DNA from: an uncultured delta proteobacterium | GTDB lineage: Bacteria > Desulfobacterota > Desulfobacteria > Desulfobacterales > CAVQMW01 | Reading direction: 5' to 3' | DNA length: 64,000 bases | Assembly: GCA_963713755.1 (NCBI GenBank) | Contig: CAVQMW010000005.1 | Location: forward strand, 1,291,074 to 1,355,073 | In this document: positions 19,116-28,657 of the stretch, in pieces | How the letters are laid out: every line of letters starts with the position of its first letter | Position numbering within the stretch: the first letter of the stretch is position 1 | Made by a program: the position numbers and the translations under genes | Notes under the pieces: model-generated | The model's input: only the letters and a program-made list of their open reading frames with translations | The model's database searches: none | Told to the model about the DNA's origin: nothing

Positions 19116-20867
19116 TTGGAAAGCGGGTTGAATATCATGCAACAGGCACCTGTGGATAGCGTTGCCAAGGCGCGTTCGGAAAAACTGTTGACCGAGCGCC
19201 GGAAGATTTTCGCGCTGCCTCCGGAAACGGCCCTGAAGGCGATTTTGGATCTGGAGCAGCCTTTGCCCGTGGTGCATTCCATGGCGCCCCAGGATCTTCA
19301 TCTGCTGATTCGCGATATCGGTCCCGATGATGCCCTGGCGCTGCTCAATCTGGCCTCCAACGGGCAGTGGGATTTCATCCTGGACATAGAGGCCTGGCAG
19401 CGGGACCGGCTGGAGAGCGGGAAGCTGATGCGCTGGCTGGGGCGGCTCCAGGAGGCCGATGGGCGCCGGTTGGGCGGATATCTGTTTGAAAACCAATCGG
19501 AGCTGCTCGCGCTTTATCTCTACCGCAGCATCGAGGTTTACATCCGTGAACATGACCAAGAGGCCAGCGAGATGCCGGCGGATACCTTCACTCTGGAGGG
19601 CCAATTTTATATTCGCATTCCTGAAATCGAGGAGCTCGACCCCGAAGTGGACGGCGCCCGCCAGGAGGCCATCCGCTGGCTGCTGGAGGATTATGCCGAT
19701 CGGGATTACGCCGGATACCAGAAGATTATGCTGGAAACCGTCACGGTGCTGCCCGCTGAGATGGAAGAGGAAGCCTATCGTATGCGCAATGTGCGCCTGG
19801 CGGAACGGGGTGTGCCGCCCTTTCACGAGGCCATCGGCATTTATCAGCCTTTGAGCCGAAAGCGCGTTGATAAAATCTCCCGCACGGGCCGGCGGGCCAA
19901 TTCCGATGTGTCCGCCGGCAGCTTGGCCCCCATCCTGCCCGAGGAGCTGTTGCCGCCCGATGAACTCCTGGCCCAAGCGTTGGCGCGGGTTCCCGCCGGC
20001 TCGTTCTTGGACCGTCTGCGGGGGGAACTGGCGTTTTTGGGCAATGCCGTGATCGTGGCCGACCAGGAACGGCTTACCTGTCGGGAGGAGTTGGCAGCGG
20101 TGATGGGGAAGGTGGTCAGCCGGATTGCCATGGGCCTGGAGGAGGTTGCGGGCCAGGCTGTCACCGCCGCCCAGGCCGCCCGCTGGCTGAAACGGGTCGC
20201 TTTGCCGGATCTGTTTCGCATTGGCCAGGGGGTGATCCTGGAACTTCACGGAAAAGCCAAAACCTGGGTCGCCCGGAGCTGGTTCAACCGCCAGGGCCTG
20301 CCCATCACGTTTTGGGATGAAGCCGGTATGGGGGTTGTGGGGGGGTTGCTGCTCAAGCGGCCCCGCTGCTACGACCCGAGCCAATCCGGCGAGACGTACC
20401 GTGAGTTCGAATCCCTGGGAGAATTGGCCGCGGCTGAGTCGGAGTTGACCCAATTGGCCGTTTGGGACGATCTGCTGGAGGCCTTGGAACTGCCCCTGAT
20501 CCAAACATCCAGGGAAGGTGCTCCCCTGACCTATAGGAATCTGATCCTGACCTTCTGGGTCCATCATCTGCTGGGTGGCGCGGCTGGCTCGCCCGGGCCA
20601 CTTACCCACGACCAGCTTTGCGATCTGTTGCCGCGACTGTTTGAGCGGCCCGGCAGCGGGCAGGGGGTTTCCCCAGGAGCTAAAGATCAGTTCTGGGCCT
20701 GGCTGGCGCAGCGCTCGGGGTGGTCTTCCGTCGAGCTTGACGAGCGGCTGGGCAAGACCGCGAATCTTCTGTTTGAAGAGATCGCCGAAGTTTTGGGCCA
20801 TATGGCCCCCGCCGATCTCGATCCACGCTACATCCAACTTTTCATCGTGGATCTGCCGGAAAAATAG
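19116..20867 (+). CDS. conserved hypothetical protein (no motif I can name)
   Basis: 583-aa ORF with balanced Leu/Glu/Ala-rich composition. The antisense 580-aa ORF is Gln/Gly/Pro/Arg-rich. The start is ambiguous (TTG 19116 or ATG 19137). Confidence 0.6.
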   Translation: MESGLNIMQQAPVDSVAKARSEKLLTERRKIFALPPETALKAILDLEQPLPVVHSMAPQDLHLLIRDIGPDDALALLNLASNGQWDFILDIEAWQRDRLESGKLMRWLGRLQEADGRRLGGYLFENQSELLALYLYRSIEVYIREHDQEASEMPADTFTLEGQFYIRIPEIEELDPEVDGARQEAIRWLLEDYADRDYAGYQKIMLETVTVLPAEMEEEAYRMRNVRLAERGVPPFHEAIGIYQPLSRKRVDKISRTGRRANSDVSAGSLAPILPEELLPPDELLAQALARVPAGSFLDRLRGELAFLGNAVIVADQERLTCREELAAVMGKVVSRIAMGLEEVAGQAVTAAQAARWLKRVALPDLFRIGQGVILELHGKAKTWVARSWFNRQGLPITFWDEAGMGVVGGLLLKRPRCYDPSQSGETYREFESLGELAAAESELTQLAVWDDLLEALELPLIQTSREGAPLTYRNLILTFWVHHLLGGAAGSPGPLTHDQLCDLLPRLFERPGSGQGVSPGAKDQFWAWLAQRSGWSSVELDERLGKTANLLFEEIAEVLGHMAPADLDPRYIQLFIVDLPEK

Positions 20868-21017
20868 ATAAAAATCTTGCCGCCAACGCTCTGCCTACCC
20901 ATGAAATCCGCTGTTATTATTGCCAATCGTGCGCTTCCGTGTTGACAGGCCGTCCTTTTGAGTGTAGGTTACAGACAAATTAACTGCTGTTTCTGGAGAA
21001 CAACGAAGTAATCGTAA

Positions 21018-21049
21018 GCCCCGGAATGCATCCGGGGCTTTTTGTTTTT
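21018..21049 (+). terminator. strong rho-independent terminator
   Basis: An 8-bp GC stem, gccccgga-atgca-tccggggc, followed by tttttgttttt. Confidence 0.75.
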
Positions 21050-21096
21050 AGGTTTCACGACCCTTAGGAAACGCAACCCATAAAGGAGTTCCTTTT

Positions 21097-22398
21097 TTGA
21101 AAGATTTTGACGTTATTAATTTTCACCCCAAAGTCGCCGCGGGAATCAGCGCCGCCGGCTACCGCACCCCGACCCCCATCCAGACCCAGGCCATTCCAAC
21201 CGTCCTTGAAGGGCGCGATGTCATGGGTCTGGCCCAGACCGGTACCGGCAAGACCGCGGCCTTTGTCCTGCCTATCCTCAATCGTTTGATCCAGGGCAAA
21301 CGGGGAATTTTGCGTGCCCTGATTGTGGCGCCCACCCGCGAACTGGCCGAGCAGATCCACGAGGCCATCGGCATCTTGGGGACCAAGACCGGCCTACGCA
21401 GTGCCACGGTCTACGGCGGGGTCAACATCAATCCGCAGATCACCCAGCTACGGCGGGGAATCGATATCCTGGTGGCCTGTCCCGGCCGCCTGCTGGATCA
21501 TATCGGACGGAGAACCGTCAACCTGTCCCACTTGGAGGTGCTGGTTCTGGACGAGGCCGACCATATGTTCGACATGGGCTTTTTGCCCGATATCCGGCGG
21601 ATCATCAAACAGGTGCCCCGGCAGCGCCAGACCCTTCTCTTTTCAGCCACCATGCCCCGCGAGATCCATCACCTGGCCCAGGAAACCCTCACCCGGCCGG
21701 TCACCGTCAAGGTGGGCCGTACTGCGCCGCCGGCAACGGTCAGCCACGCCCTCTATCCGGTTGCCAACCATCTTAAAACCGCCATGCTGATGAAGCTTCT
21801 GGGGGACACGGACAGCAGGTCCGTCCTGGTTTTTACCCGCACCAAGCATCGCGCCAAACGGTTGGGCGAAAAGCTGGGCAAAGCGGGCTATGCATCGGCC
21901 TCCCTGCAGGGCAACCTCTCCCAGAACCGCCGCAGGGCCGCCTTAAATGGCTTCCGGGACGGTACCTTCCAGATTCTGGTAGCCACCGATATCGCCGCCC
22001 GCGGGATCGACGTCACTCGGATTTCCCATGTGATCAATTATGACATTCCCGATACGCCCGAAGCCTATATCCACCGTATCGGCCGCACCGGCCGGGCCGC
22101 CTGCAACGGCGACGCCTTTACCTTGGCCACGGATGAGGATCGTGGGATGGTGCTCAGCATCGAACGGATTCTGGGGAACGCCCTGGAGCGCAGGCACCTG
22201 GATGATTTCGATTATCGAGCGCCGGCACCCTCCCGGCAAACGGAATTTTCCCGTCCCCAGCGGCAGCGGAAACCCGCTGACGGCCCCAAGGTCCGCGGCA
22301 CCCGGTCCAAGCGGCCGCGGTTCAATCCAACCTTCCCTGGATCGGCCCCCCGCCGGACCTACCGTGGCTCACGGCCGGCAATCCCTGCCGGCGTTTAA
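21097..22398 (+). CDS. DEAD-box ATP-dependent RNA helicase (RhlE-like)
   Basis: Q motif, AQTGTGKTAAF, DEAD (VLDEADHMFD), SAT and HRIGRTGRA, with a basic C-terminal tail. TTG start 8 nt after AAAGGAG. Confidence 0.92.
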   Translation: MKDFDVINFHPKVAAGISAAGYRTPTPIQTQAIPTVLEGRDVMGLAQTGTGKTAAFVLPILNRLIQGKRGILRALIVAPTRELAEQIHEAIGILGTKTGLRSATVYGGVNINPQITQLRRGIDILVACPGRLLDHIGRRTVNLSHLEVLVLDEADHMFDMGFLPDIRRIIKQVPRQRQTLLFSATMPREIHHLAQETLTRPVTVKVGRTAPPATVSHALYPVANHLKTAMLMKLLGDTDSRSVLVFTRTKHRAKRLGEKLGKAGYASASLQGNLSQNRRRAALNGFRDGTFQILVATDIAARGIDVTRISHVINYDIPDTPEAYIHRIGRTGRAACNGDAFTLATDEDRGMVLSIERILGNALERRHLDDFDYRAPAPSRQTEFSRPQRQRKPADGPKVRGTRSKRPRFNPTFPGSAPRRTYRGSRPAIPAGV

Positions 22399-22477
22399 TC
22401 CCATATTCAGTGCCCGAACGAAAACCCCCCTTCTATGGCGGGAGGGGCTGGGGGCGTACAGCCTTATATCATCCATC

Positions 22478-22783
22478 CCCATCCCTGCCCTCCCCCATCA
22501 AAGGGGGAGAGCCCTGTTCCGGGCCGCCCTTTTTCGGAGGGGGAAGAGCTAATCCACACCGCTCTCGCGTTTCAGAGGTAAAGCGTCCCTCTCTGGCGGC
22601 AATCGCCCAATGTAGGGGCGAAAATTTTTCACCCCTACCTAATAGGCATGGTCAGTTCTCCCTTATTTTAAAGGGGAGTTCCCCCGGAGACGCAGCCTGC
22701 TCCCCCCTTTTCCAAAGGGAGGAGAGAAGCCGACTCCGGGCCGCCTTCGCGTTTCAGAGGTAAATCGCTCCTCTCTGGCGCAA
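22478..22783. repeat. composite intergenic repeat region
   Basis: A direct repeat of about 36 nt, cgcgtttcagaggtaaa.cg.cc.tctctggcg.caa, occurs at 22566-22602 and 22748-22783. Each copy is preceded by ..caaaggg.gagag..tccgggccgcc. A GTAGGGGC..CCCCTAC hairpin sits at 22612-22638. Confidence 0.6.
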
Positions 22784-22785
22784 CC

Positions 22786-23212
22786 TTCGACTATACCACC
22801 CAGGGCCGGATCCAGAGCATCACCGATGCCGCCGGCGTGACCCGCTATACCTACGATCCCAACAGCAACCCCATCGGCCTCATCGACGCCAACGGTAATG
22901 TGACCGGCTTTGCAACGCCTGACCCGGCCCAACGCCAGCCGTAGCGATTATCAGTACGACAGCCTCAGCCGCCTGACAGAAATCGCCCACCGCACCGGCG
23001 CCGGCCAGCTGATCAGCAGCTATGGCTACACCTACGGCGCCAACGACCAGCGCGAGACCGAAACCGTCAGCGACGACGGGCTGTCCCGCAGCTTTGCCGA
23101 TCAGCTCACCACCTACGACACCAACAACCTGAACCAACTGCTGGAAAGCCGGGAGCCCGACCAGAGCTACCGGCTTGCGCTGAAAACCCACGGCATCCGT
23201 GATGGCCCCTGA
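22786..23212 (+). pseudogene. RHS/YD-repeat protein fragment, frameshifted and truncated
   Basis: One frame reads FDYTTQGRIQSITDAAGVTRYTYDPNSNPIGLIDANGNVTGF up to a stop. It continues in another frame as DYQYDSLSRLTEIAH..YGYTYGANDQR. There is no N-terminal region and no C-terminal toxin domain. Confidence 0.55.
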
Positions 23213-23288
23213 ATGACCCACAGTCTTAAGTGTGGGTAACTGTCAGCATCAAGGGAGAGGGAGAAGAGGGTTTTCGTTCAGGCACTAT

Positions 23289-23768
23289 TTAGTAAATCAT
23301 CCCCCCCACGTAAACTCCGGCGCCCACAAAGAGATCCTGATTGGGAACCCGGTAGATGTAGGTGATCTTCTTGGAGGGTGTGGTTTTGCCTGGTTTGGGC
23401 CACATGTATTCCACCCAACCGTGGCCGACCTTGCTGGCCAGGTTGACGAAATGGACAAACAGGGCGTTGTCCAAGGGATCGGTCATGAGCAGCACATGGT
23501 CGTGGGCGGTGAGCTCGGGCTGGATGGGATGGGCCAGCATCTTGCCGTCCAGATTCATCAGAAAGACATAGGAATCTTTCCATACAAACGGGCCCGTGGG
23601 ATCGCCGATGACCTTGATGGCCTCCTCGACACCCTTGGTATTAACCAGGGCCGCGGCCTCATGACATTTCACGATACATTCGTCCTTGGTCGCGGTCTGG
23701 TCGGCAATGGCATTTGCCGTAACGAGAAGAAAAACGGACAGGGCGGTAACCATCAGCACTTTTTTCAT
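23289..23768 (-). CDS. secreted single-Cache (sCache_2-like) domain protein
   Basis: Signal peptide MKKVLMVTALSVFLLVTANA. Cache blocks YVFLMNLDGKMLAHP and GWVEYMWPKPG. ATG 23768 with AAGGAG upstream. Confidence 0.75.
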   Translation of the reverse strand: MKKVLMVTALSVFLLVTANAIADQTATKDECIVKCHEAAALVNTKGVEEAIKVIGDPTGPFVWKDSYVFLMNLDGKMLAHPIQPELTAHDHVLLMTDPLDNALFVHFVNLASKVGHGWVEYMWPKPGKTTPSKKITYIYRVPNQDLFVGAGVYVGGMIY

Positions 23769-23846
23769 ATGATCTCCTTTAAGGATTGATTTCCTGGGAA
23801 TCAAGCGTTCCATTCAACGTCGGCGGCTATCGGTTTTGCGGGCCGG

Positions 23847-24467
23847 TTAGGCGGCTTTCAAAGCCACGCCTCTGTCGCTCTTTTGATCCTGGCTCCTGTC
23901 CCTGATCCAAGGTTTGCCCACCGGCAGTACATCCCGGCCGAACACCTGGGCAAAAATGACGTGGGCCATCATGTACCAGGCGGAAAGGGCGCAGAGCATC
24001 AGTTCATAGCCCGCCACCTTGGTCATGCCGGGAAACCCGAAGTGGGCCAGATCCAGCAGGATAAACCCGATCAGCAGCAGGGTGAAGGTCAGTGCCATGG
24101 CCCCATGAATTCTCATAGCCGGAATCCACATGATAAAGGTGTAGAGGGTCCAGACCACCAGGAACCAGCCCACATCCGTGGTGCTGGAGTGGTAAATTTT
24201 AAAATGGTTGAGCAGGAAGATGATCCCCAGGGCGATCCAGAACGCGCCATAGGAGACGAATGCGCTGTAGCCGAAGTTATTGCCGCATTTGAATTCCTGG
24301 AAACCGGCGATAAGCTGAGCCCCGCCGCCAAATGCCAGTGCCAGGGCCACAATGGGGCCTACCCCGCACCAGCCCACATTGTGGAATTGAAGGATCATGG
24401 TGGTCAGTCCGAAACCGGCCAGCCCGACAACCGCTGGATTTCCTTGGGGTGTTGCCTCGTTAGCCAT
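23847..24467 (-). CDS. GPR1/FUN34/YaaH (SatP-type) acetate/succinate channel
   Basis: NPAVVGLAGFGLTTMILQ..FGYSAFVSYGAFW signature. ATG 24467 with GAGGAGG upstream. Confidence 0.85.
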   Translation of the reverse strand: MANEATPQGNPAVVGLAGFGLTTMILQFHNVGWCGVGPIVALALAFGGGAQLIAGFQEFKCGNNFGYSAFVSYGAFWIALGIIFLLNHFKIYHSSTTDVGWFLVVWTLYTFIMWIPAMRIHGAMALTFTLLLIGFILLDLAHFGFPGMTKVAGYELMLCALSAWYMMAHVIFAQVFGRDVLPVGKPWIRDRSQDQKSDRGVALKAA

Positions 24468-24533
24468 AAAAAACCTCCTCAAATTATAGTGTTAACGCAT
24501 GGTATGAGTAAGATGGGACAGGGACGACTGCTC

Positions 24534-26438
24534 CTATGGACGGGACTTGGCGTAACCAATGGTGTTAAGGGCTGTCTCCATCTCGCCCAGAATGGCCGGG
24601 TCGTCGATGGTGGCCGGCATTTTCCAGGTCTGATTGTCGGCGATTTTCTGGATGGTGCCCCGCAGAATCTTGCCGGAGCGGGTTTTGGGCAGGCGTTTGA
24701 CCACCACCGCCTGTTTGAATGCCGCCACTGGCCCGATGCGCTCGCGGACCATTTTGATCACCTCGGCGATGATCTCGTCATCCCCGCGGCTCACGCCTGC
24801 ATTGAGCACTAGAAAGCCCACCGGAATCTGGCCTTTGAGCTTGTCCTCGACGCCTAAAACGGCGCATTCGGCCACCTCGGGATGGTCCGCCAAGACCTCT
24901 TCCATGGCGCCGGTGGAGAGCCGGTGGCCGGCCACATTGATGATGTCGTCGGTGCGGGCCATAACATAGACGTAGCCCTCCTGGTCGATGAACCCGGCAT
25001 CCGCGGTTTTGTAGTAGCCGGGGTACTCCTCGAGATAGGACTCCACAAAGCGCTTGTCGTTCTTCCAGAGGGTGGGCAGGGTCCCCGGCGGCAGGGGCAG
25101 CTTCACCGAAAGGGCGCCGATTTCCCCGGCCGTCACGGGATTGTTTTCGATATCCAGCACCTGAACATCCCAGCCCGGAACGGCTTTGGTGGGCGAACCG
25201 TATTTCACGGGAAAGTGCTCGATGCCCATGCAGTTGGCGGCGATGGCCCACCCGGTTTCGGTTTGCCACCAGTGGTCGATGACGGGAACCTTCAAATTGT
25301 TCTCGGACCATTGGATGGTGTCGGGATCGGAGCGTTCCCCGGCCAGAAAAAGGATTTTAAAGCCGGAGATATCGTAGTCTTTGATCAGTTTGCCTTGGGG
25401 ATCTTCGCGTTTGATGGCCCGGTAGGCCGTGGGTGCCGTGAACATGCACTTGACCTTGTGCTCGCTGATAATGCGCCAGAAGACACCGGCATCGGGGGTG
25501 CCCACGGGTTTGCCTTCAAAGAGGATGGTGGTGCAGCCTTTGAAAAGCGGTGCATAGACGATGTAGGAGTGACCCACCACCCAGCCTACGTCCGAGGCGG
25601 CCCACCACACATCGTCTTCATCAATGTCGTAGATGTTTTTCATGGTCCACTTGAGAGCCACCAGATGGCCGCCGTTATCCCGCACCACGCCCTTGGGTTC
25701 CCCCGTGGTTCCCGAGGTGTAGAGGATATAGAGCGGATCGGTGGCTTCCACGGGGACGCAATCGTAAGGTTCGGCGTCGGCCATGGCCGCGGCCCAATCG
25801 ATATCCCGGCCTTCGGTCATGGCGGCGGTTTCCATGGGGCGCTGGTAGACGATGCAGGCGGTCGGCTTGGAAACCGACAACTCGATGGCCTTATCCAGCA
25901 GGGGCTTGTAGGGAATGACCTTTTTGGTTTCAATGCCGCAGGAGGCCGAGAGGATCACCTTGGGTTTGGCATCGTTGATGCGCGTGGCCAGCTCATTGGC
26001 GGCGAATCCGCCGAACACCACGGAGTGCACCGCGCCGATGCGGGCGCAGGCCAGCATGGCCATGGCCGCTTCCGGGATCATGGGCATATAGATGATAACC
26101 CGATCGCCTTTTTCCACCCCCTGGGCCTTGAGCACACCGGCCAGCTTGGCAACCTCGTCGCGTAGTTCGCGGTAGGTGTATCTCTTGATGGTGTCGGTGA
26201 CCGGGCTGTCATAGATGATGGCCACGCAATCGCCCCGACCGCGATCAATGTGGAGATCCAGGGCGTTGTAGCAAGTGTTGGTGATGCCGCCTGCAAACCA
26301 GCGGTAAAATGGTTTGTTGCCTTCATCCAGCACCTTGTCCCATTTTTTATACCAGAAGCACTCTTCGGCGGCGGTTCCCCAAAAGCCATCGGGATCGGTG
26401 AGCGATTGGGAATAGATTTCGTCATACTTAGCAGCCAT
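24534..26438 (-). CDS. AMP-forming acyl-CoA synthetase (propionate/acetate-CoA ligase family)
   Basis: The N-terminus resembles PrpE/Acs. AMP-binding motif YTSGTTGEPKG. C-terminal LPKTRSGKILRG motif. GGAGGA upstream of ATG 26438. Confidence 0.9.
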   Translation of the reverse strand: MAAKYDEIYSQSLTDPDGFWGTAAEECFWYKKWDKVLDEGNKPFYRWFAGGITNTCYNALDLHIDRGRGDCVAIIYDSPVTDTIKRYTYRELRDEVAKLAGVLKAQGVEKGDRVIIYMPMIPEAAMAMLACARIGAVHSVVFGGFAANELATRINDAKPKVILSASCGIETKKVIPYKPLLDKAIELSVSKPTACIVYQRPMETAAMTEGRDIDWAAAMADAEPYDCVPVEATDPLYILYTSGTTGEPKGVVRDNGGHLVALKWTMKNIYDIDEDDVWWAASDVGWVVGHSYIVYAPLFKGCTTILFEGKPVGTPDAGVFWRIISEHKVKCMFTAPTAYRAIKREDPQGKLIKDYDISGFKILFLAGERSDPDTIQWSENNLKVPVIDHWWQTETGWAIAANCMGIEHFPVKYGSPTKAVPGWDVQVLDIENNPVTAGEIGALSVKLPLPPGTLPTLWKNDKRFVESYLEEYPGYYKTADAGFIDQEGYVYVMARTDDIINVAGHRLSTGAMEEVLADHPEVAECAVLGVEDKLKGQIPVGFLVLNAGVSRGDDEIIAEVIKMVRERIGPVAAFKQAVVVKRLPKTRSGKILRGTIQKIADNQTWKMPATIDDPAILGEMETALNTIGYAKSRP

Positions 26439-26558
26439 CGGCTATCCTCCATCCTTGAAATTAAAACAGTGAATTAAAACAGGGCTTTCCCGGGGCAGGG
26501 CGCTCTATCGGGTTAGCAATCCCCCGGCACGATTCCGATACGGTATCCCAAGGGGTAT

Positions 26559-26574
26559 CGCAAGGAGCATACCG
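26559..26574 (-). promoter_or_regulatory. candidate sigma-54 promoter upstream of the acyl-CoA synthetase
   Basis: The minus strand reads cGGtAtG-ctcc-TTGCg. GG and GC have canonical spacing, about 120 nt upstream of the ATG. The -24 element is degenerate. Confidence 0.3.
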
Positions 26575-26746
26575 AAGATCCAAAGTTTAGATAATCTTCT
26601 GGTATTGTGATGGAAAGATGGGTTTCCTAGAATATGGCCGGCGGGAAGAGAGTGGGGCACTCATGCCCCATTCGAAAATATTTAGACGAATTCTTTTGTA
26701 AATTTAGGAAGATGGAAATATTGGGTCAATATTGTCCCAAATCCGG

Positions 26747-28657
26747 TCAGGAGAGTCCGTGGGCTTTCATTTTGCGAAAGAGGGTCCGGCGGTCGATCCC
26801 CAAGATTTCGGCCACCCGGCCCCGTTTCCACTGGTGGGATTCAAGGCAGCGTTTCAGGTAGGTTTTTTCGGCCTGGTTTAGAAAGGCGGTCAGGGGCGGG
26901 AAATCTCCCTGGGGCCAGCCGGCTTGGGGAACGTCAACGGTTGCGGGCCGTGGGGTGGGCGCCGGGGGAAGGTCCAGGTCGATCTCTTTGAGGGTGACAT
27001 AGCGCTGAATCACGTTGGCCAGTTCCCGAACGTTTCCGGGCCAGTGGTAGCGCCCCAAGGCCGCCATCACTTGGGCCGGCAGGGTTTCTAAGGTATCGCC
27101 CCGGCTGAGCTGGGCCAGAAAATGGTGAATCAGATCGGGCAGGTCTCCGGGGCGTGCCTTGAGGGGCGGTAGGTGAATGGGGATCACCTGGATGCGGTAA
27201 TAAAAATCCGAGCGCATGGCCCCCTGGGCAACCAATTGGCCCAGATCCTGATGGGTGGCGGCGATGATCCGGAAATCGGTTGGGATCTGGGCGCTGCCTC
27301 CCACCGGAGTGTACCCGCCGCCTTCAATGGCCCGCAGCAGCTTGACTTGCAGGCTCAGGGGGATCTCGCCCACCTCATCCAAAAACAGGGTGCCGCCCCG
27401 GGCCAAATCGAGAACCCCGGGTTTGTCGCTCTGGGCGCCGCTGAAGGCGCCTTTTTTATGGCCGAAAAACTCGCTTTCGATGAGGTTTTCGGGAATGGCG
27501 CCGCAGTTGACCGGCACAAAGGGGCCCTGGGCGCGCCGGCTCAAGTCGTGGATGGTGCGGGCCACCAGCTCCTTGCCGGTGCCCGATTCCCCATACACAA
27601 TGACCCCGGCCGGGGATTGGGCGGCTTTGAGGATGGTATCGTATACCTTTTGCATGGGTGCGCTTTTCCCGATCAGGGCGCCGAAATGGCCTTTGCCCTT
27701 GAGGGAGGAGCGCAGCCGCATGTTCTCTTGCCGGACCTGGGTTTCCCGTTCCTGGAGGGCCTCTTCGGCGCGTTTGCGGTCGCTGATGTCGATGGCGATG
27801 GTTTGCAGCTTGGAAACCCGGCCCTGACCGTCGTAGATGGGGCTGGTGATGCCGTAATACCAGCGGCCGTCCCGGGGATTGCGCGCTTCCCAGCGGGCGG
27901 TCTCGCCTTTGAGCACCTGATCCTGGACGCACCAGGCACAGGGCCTGTCGCTGCCGGCCAGAACCTTGTGGCACGATTCCCCCAGGGCGTTGCGGCCGAT
28001 GTGCTTCCGCAGTTTGCGGTTCATGTACTCGATGCGCTGGTCGGCGCTGCAGGTGTAGATAAACCCTTCAAACAACTCCAGGATGGCCTTGAGGCGGGCT
28101 TGGCTGGCGGTCAGCTCGCGGGCGGTTTGCTCACGCTGGGCCATCTCCGCGCTGAGGCGGGTGTTGGCCGCTTGCAGGGCGAGGCTGCGCGCCCTTAGAT
28201 CGGCGGTGCGTTTCTCGATTTCCGATTCCAGATGCTGGCGGTAGCGCCGGTTCTCCCGGCGCAGGCGGGCCTGCTCCAGGGCGTTGGCCACGGCATGTTC
28301 CAGTACCGCCATATCCAGAATCGGCTTAGTCAAAAAATCCTGGGCACCGTGGCGCAGAGCTTCAATGGCGTCGCTGAGCACGCCGGTGCCCGAAACCACC
28401 AGGGTAGGGGTTTCCGGCGACTCGGCCTGGATTGCGGCCAGCACTTCCAGCCCGTCCACTTCCGGCATCCGCAGGTCCACCAGAACCAGGTCGGGGTGCC
28501 GGCGGCGAAAGCGGTCGAGCCCTTCCCGGCCATCGGCCGCCTGGAGCACGGTGAAGCCGCTGTCCTCCAGATAGGCAGCCATGCTCTCCCGAATGATGGC
28601 TTCATCATCGATGACCAGGATGGTTTGCGTTGCCGAATCCATATCAATTGCAATCAT
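26747..28657 (-). CDS. sigma-54-dependent response regulator (REC-PAS-AAA+-Fis HTH)
   Basis: REC (ILVIDDE..LVLVDLRMPEVDG), [24 protein letters not shown] and a C-terminal HTH. The ATG overlaps the kinase stop (ATGA). Confidence 0.9.
   Translation of the reverse strand: MIAIDMDSATQTILVIDDEAIIRESMAAYLEDSGFTVLQAADGREGLDRFRRRHPDLVLVDLRMPEVDGLEVLAAIQAESPETPTLVVSGTGVLSDAIEALRHGAQDFLTKPILDMAVLEHAVANALEQARLRRENRRYRQHLESEIEKRTADLRARSLALQAANTRLSAEMAQREQTARELTASQARLKAILELFEGFIYTCSADQRIEYMNRKLRKHIGRNALGESCHKVLAGSDRPCAWCVQDQVLKGETARWEARNPRDGRWYYGITSPIYDGQGRVSKLQTIAIDISDRKRAEEALQERETQVRQENMRLRSSLKGKGHFGALIGKSAPMQKVYDTILKAAQSPAGVIVYGESGTGKELVARTIHDLSRRAQGPFVPVNCGAIPENLIESEFFGHKKGAFSGAQSDKPGVLDLARGGTLFLDEVGEIPLSLQVKLLRAIEGGGYTPVGGSAQIPTDFRIIAATHQDLGQLVAQGAMRSDFYYRIQVIPIHLPPLKARPGDLPDLIHHFLAQLSRGDTLETLPAQVMAALGRYHWPGNVRELANVIQRYVTLKEIDLDLPPAPTPRPATVDVPQAGWPQGDFPPLTAFLNQAEKTYLKRCLESHQWKRGRVAEILGIDRRTLFRKMKAHGLS

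Noticed and set aside
19095-20837. 580-aa minus-strand ORF opposite the 583-aa hypothetical
   Set aside because: Neither strand has a motif I can name. The minus-frame product is Gln/Gly/Pro/Arg-rich and repetitive, whereas the plus-frame product has normal globular composition and sits in a sensible intergenic context. This is the least certain strand call in the window.
26653-26669. Hairpin GGGGCA-ctca-TGCCCC just downstream of the sigma-54 regulator gene
   Set aside because: It could be a terminator, but no U-tract follows on the coding (minus) strand, so I did not list it as a feature.
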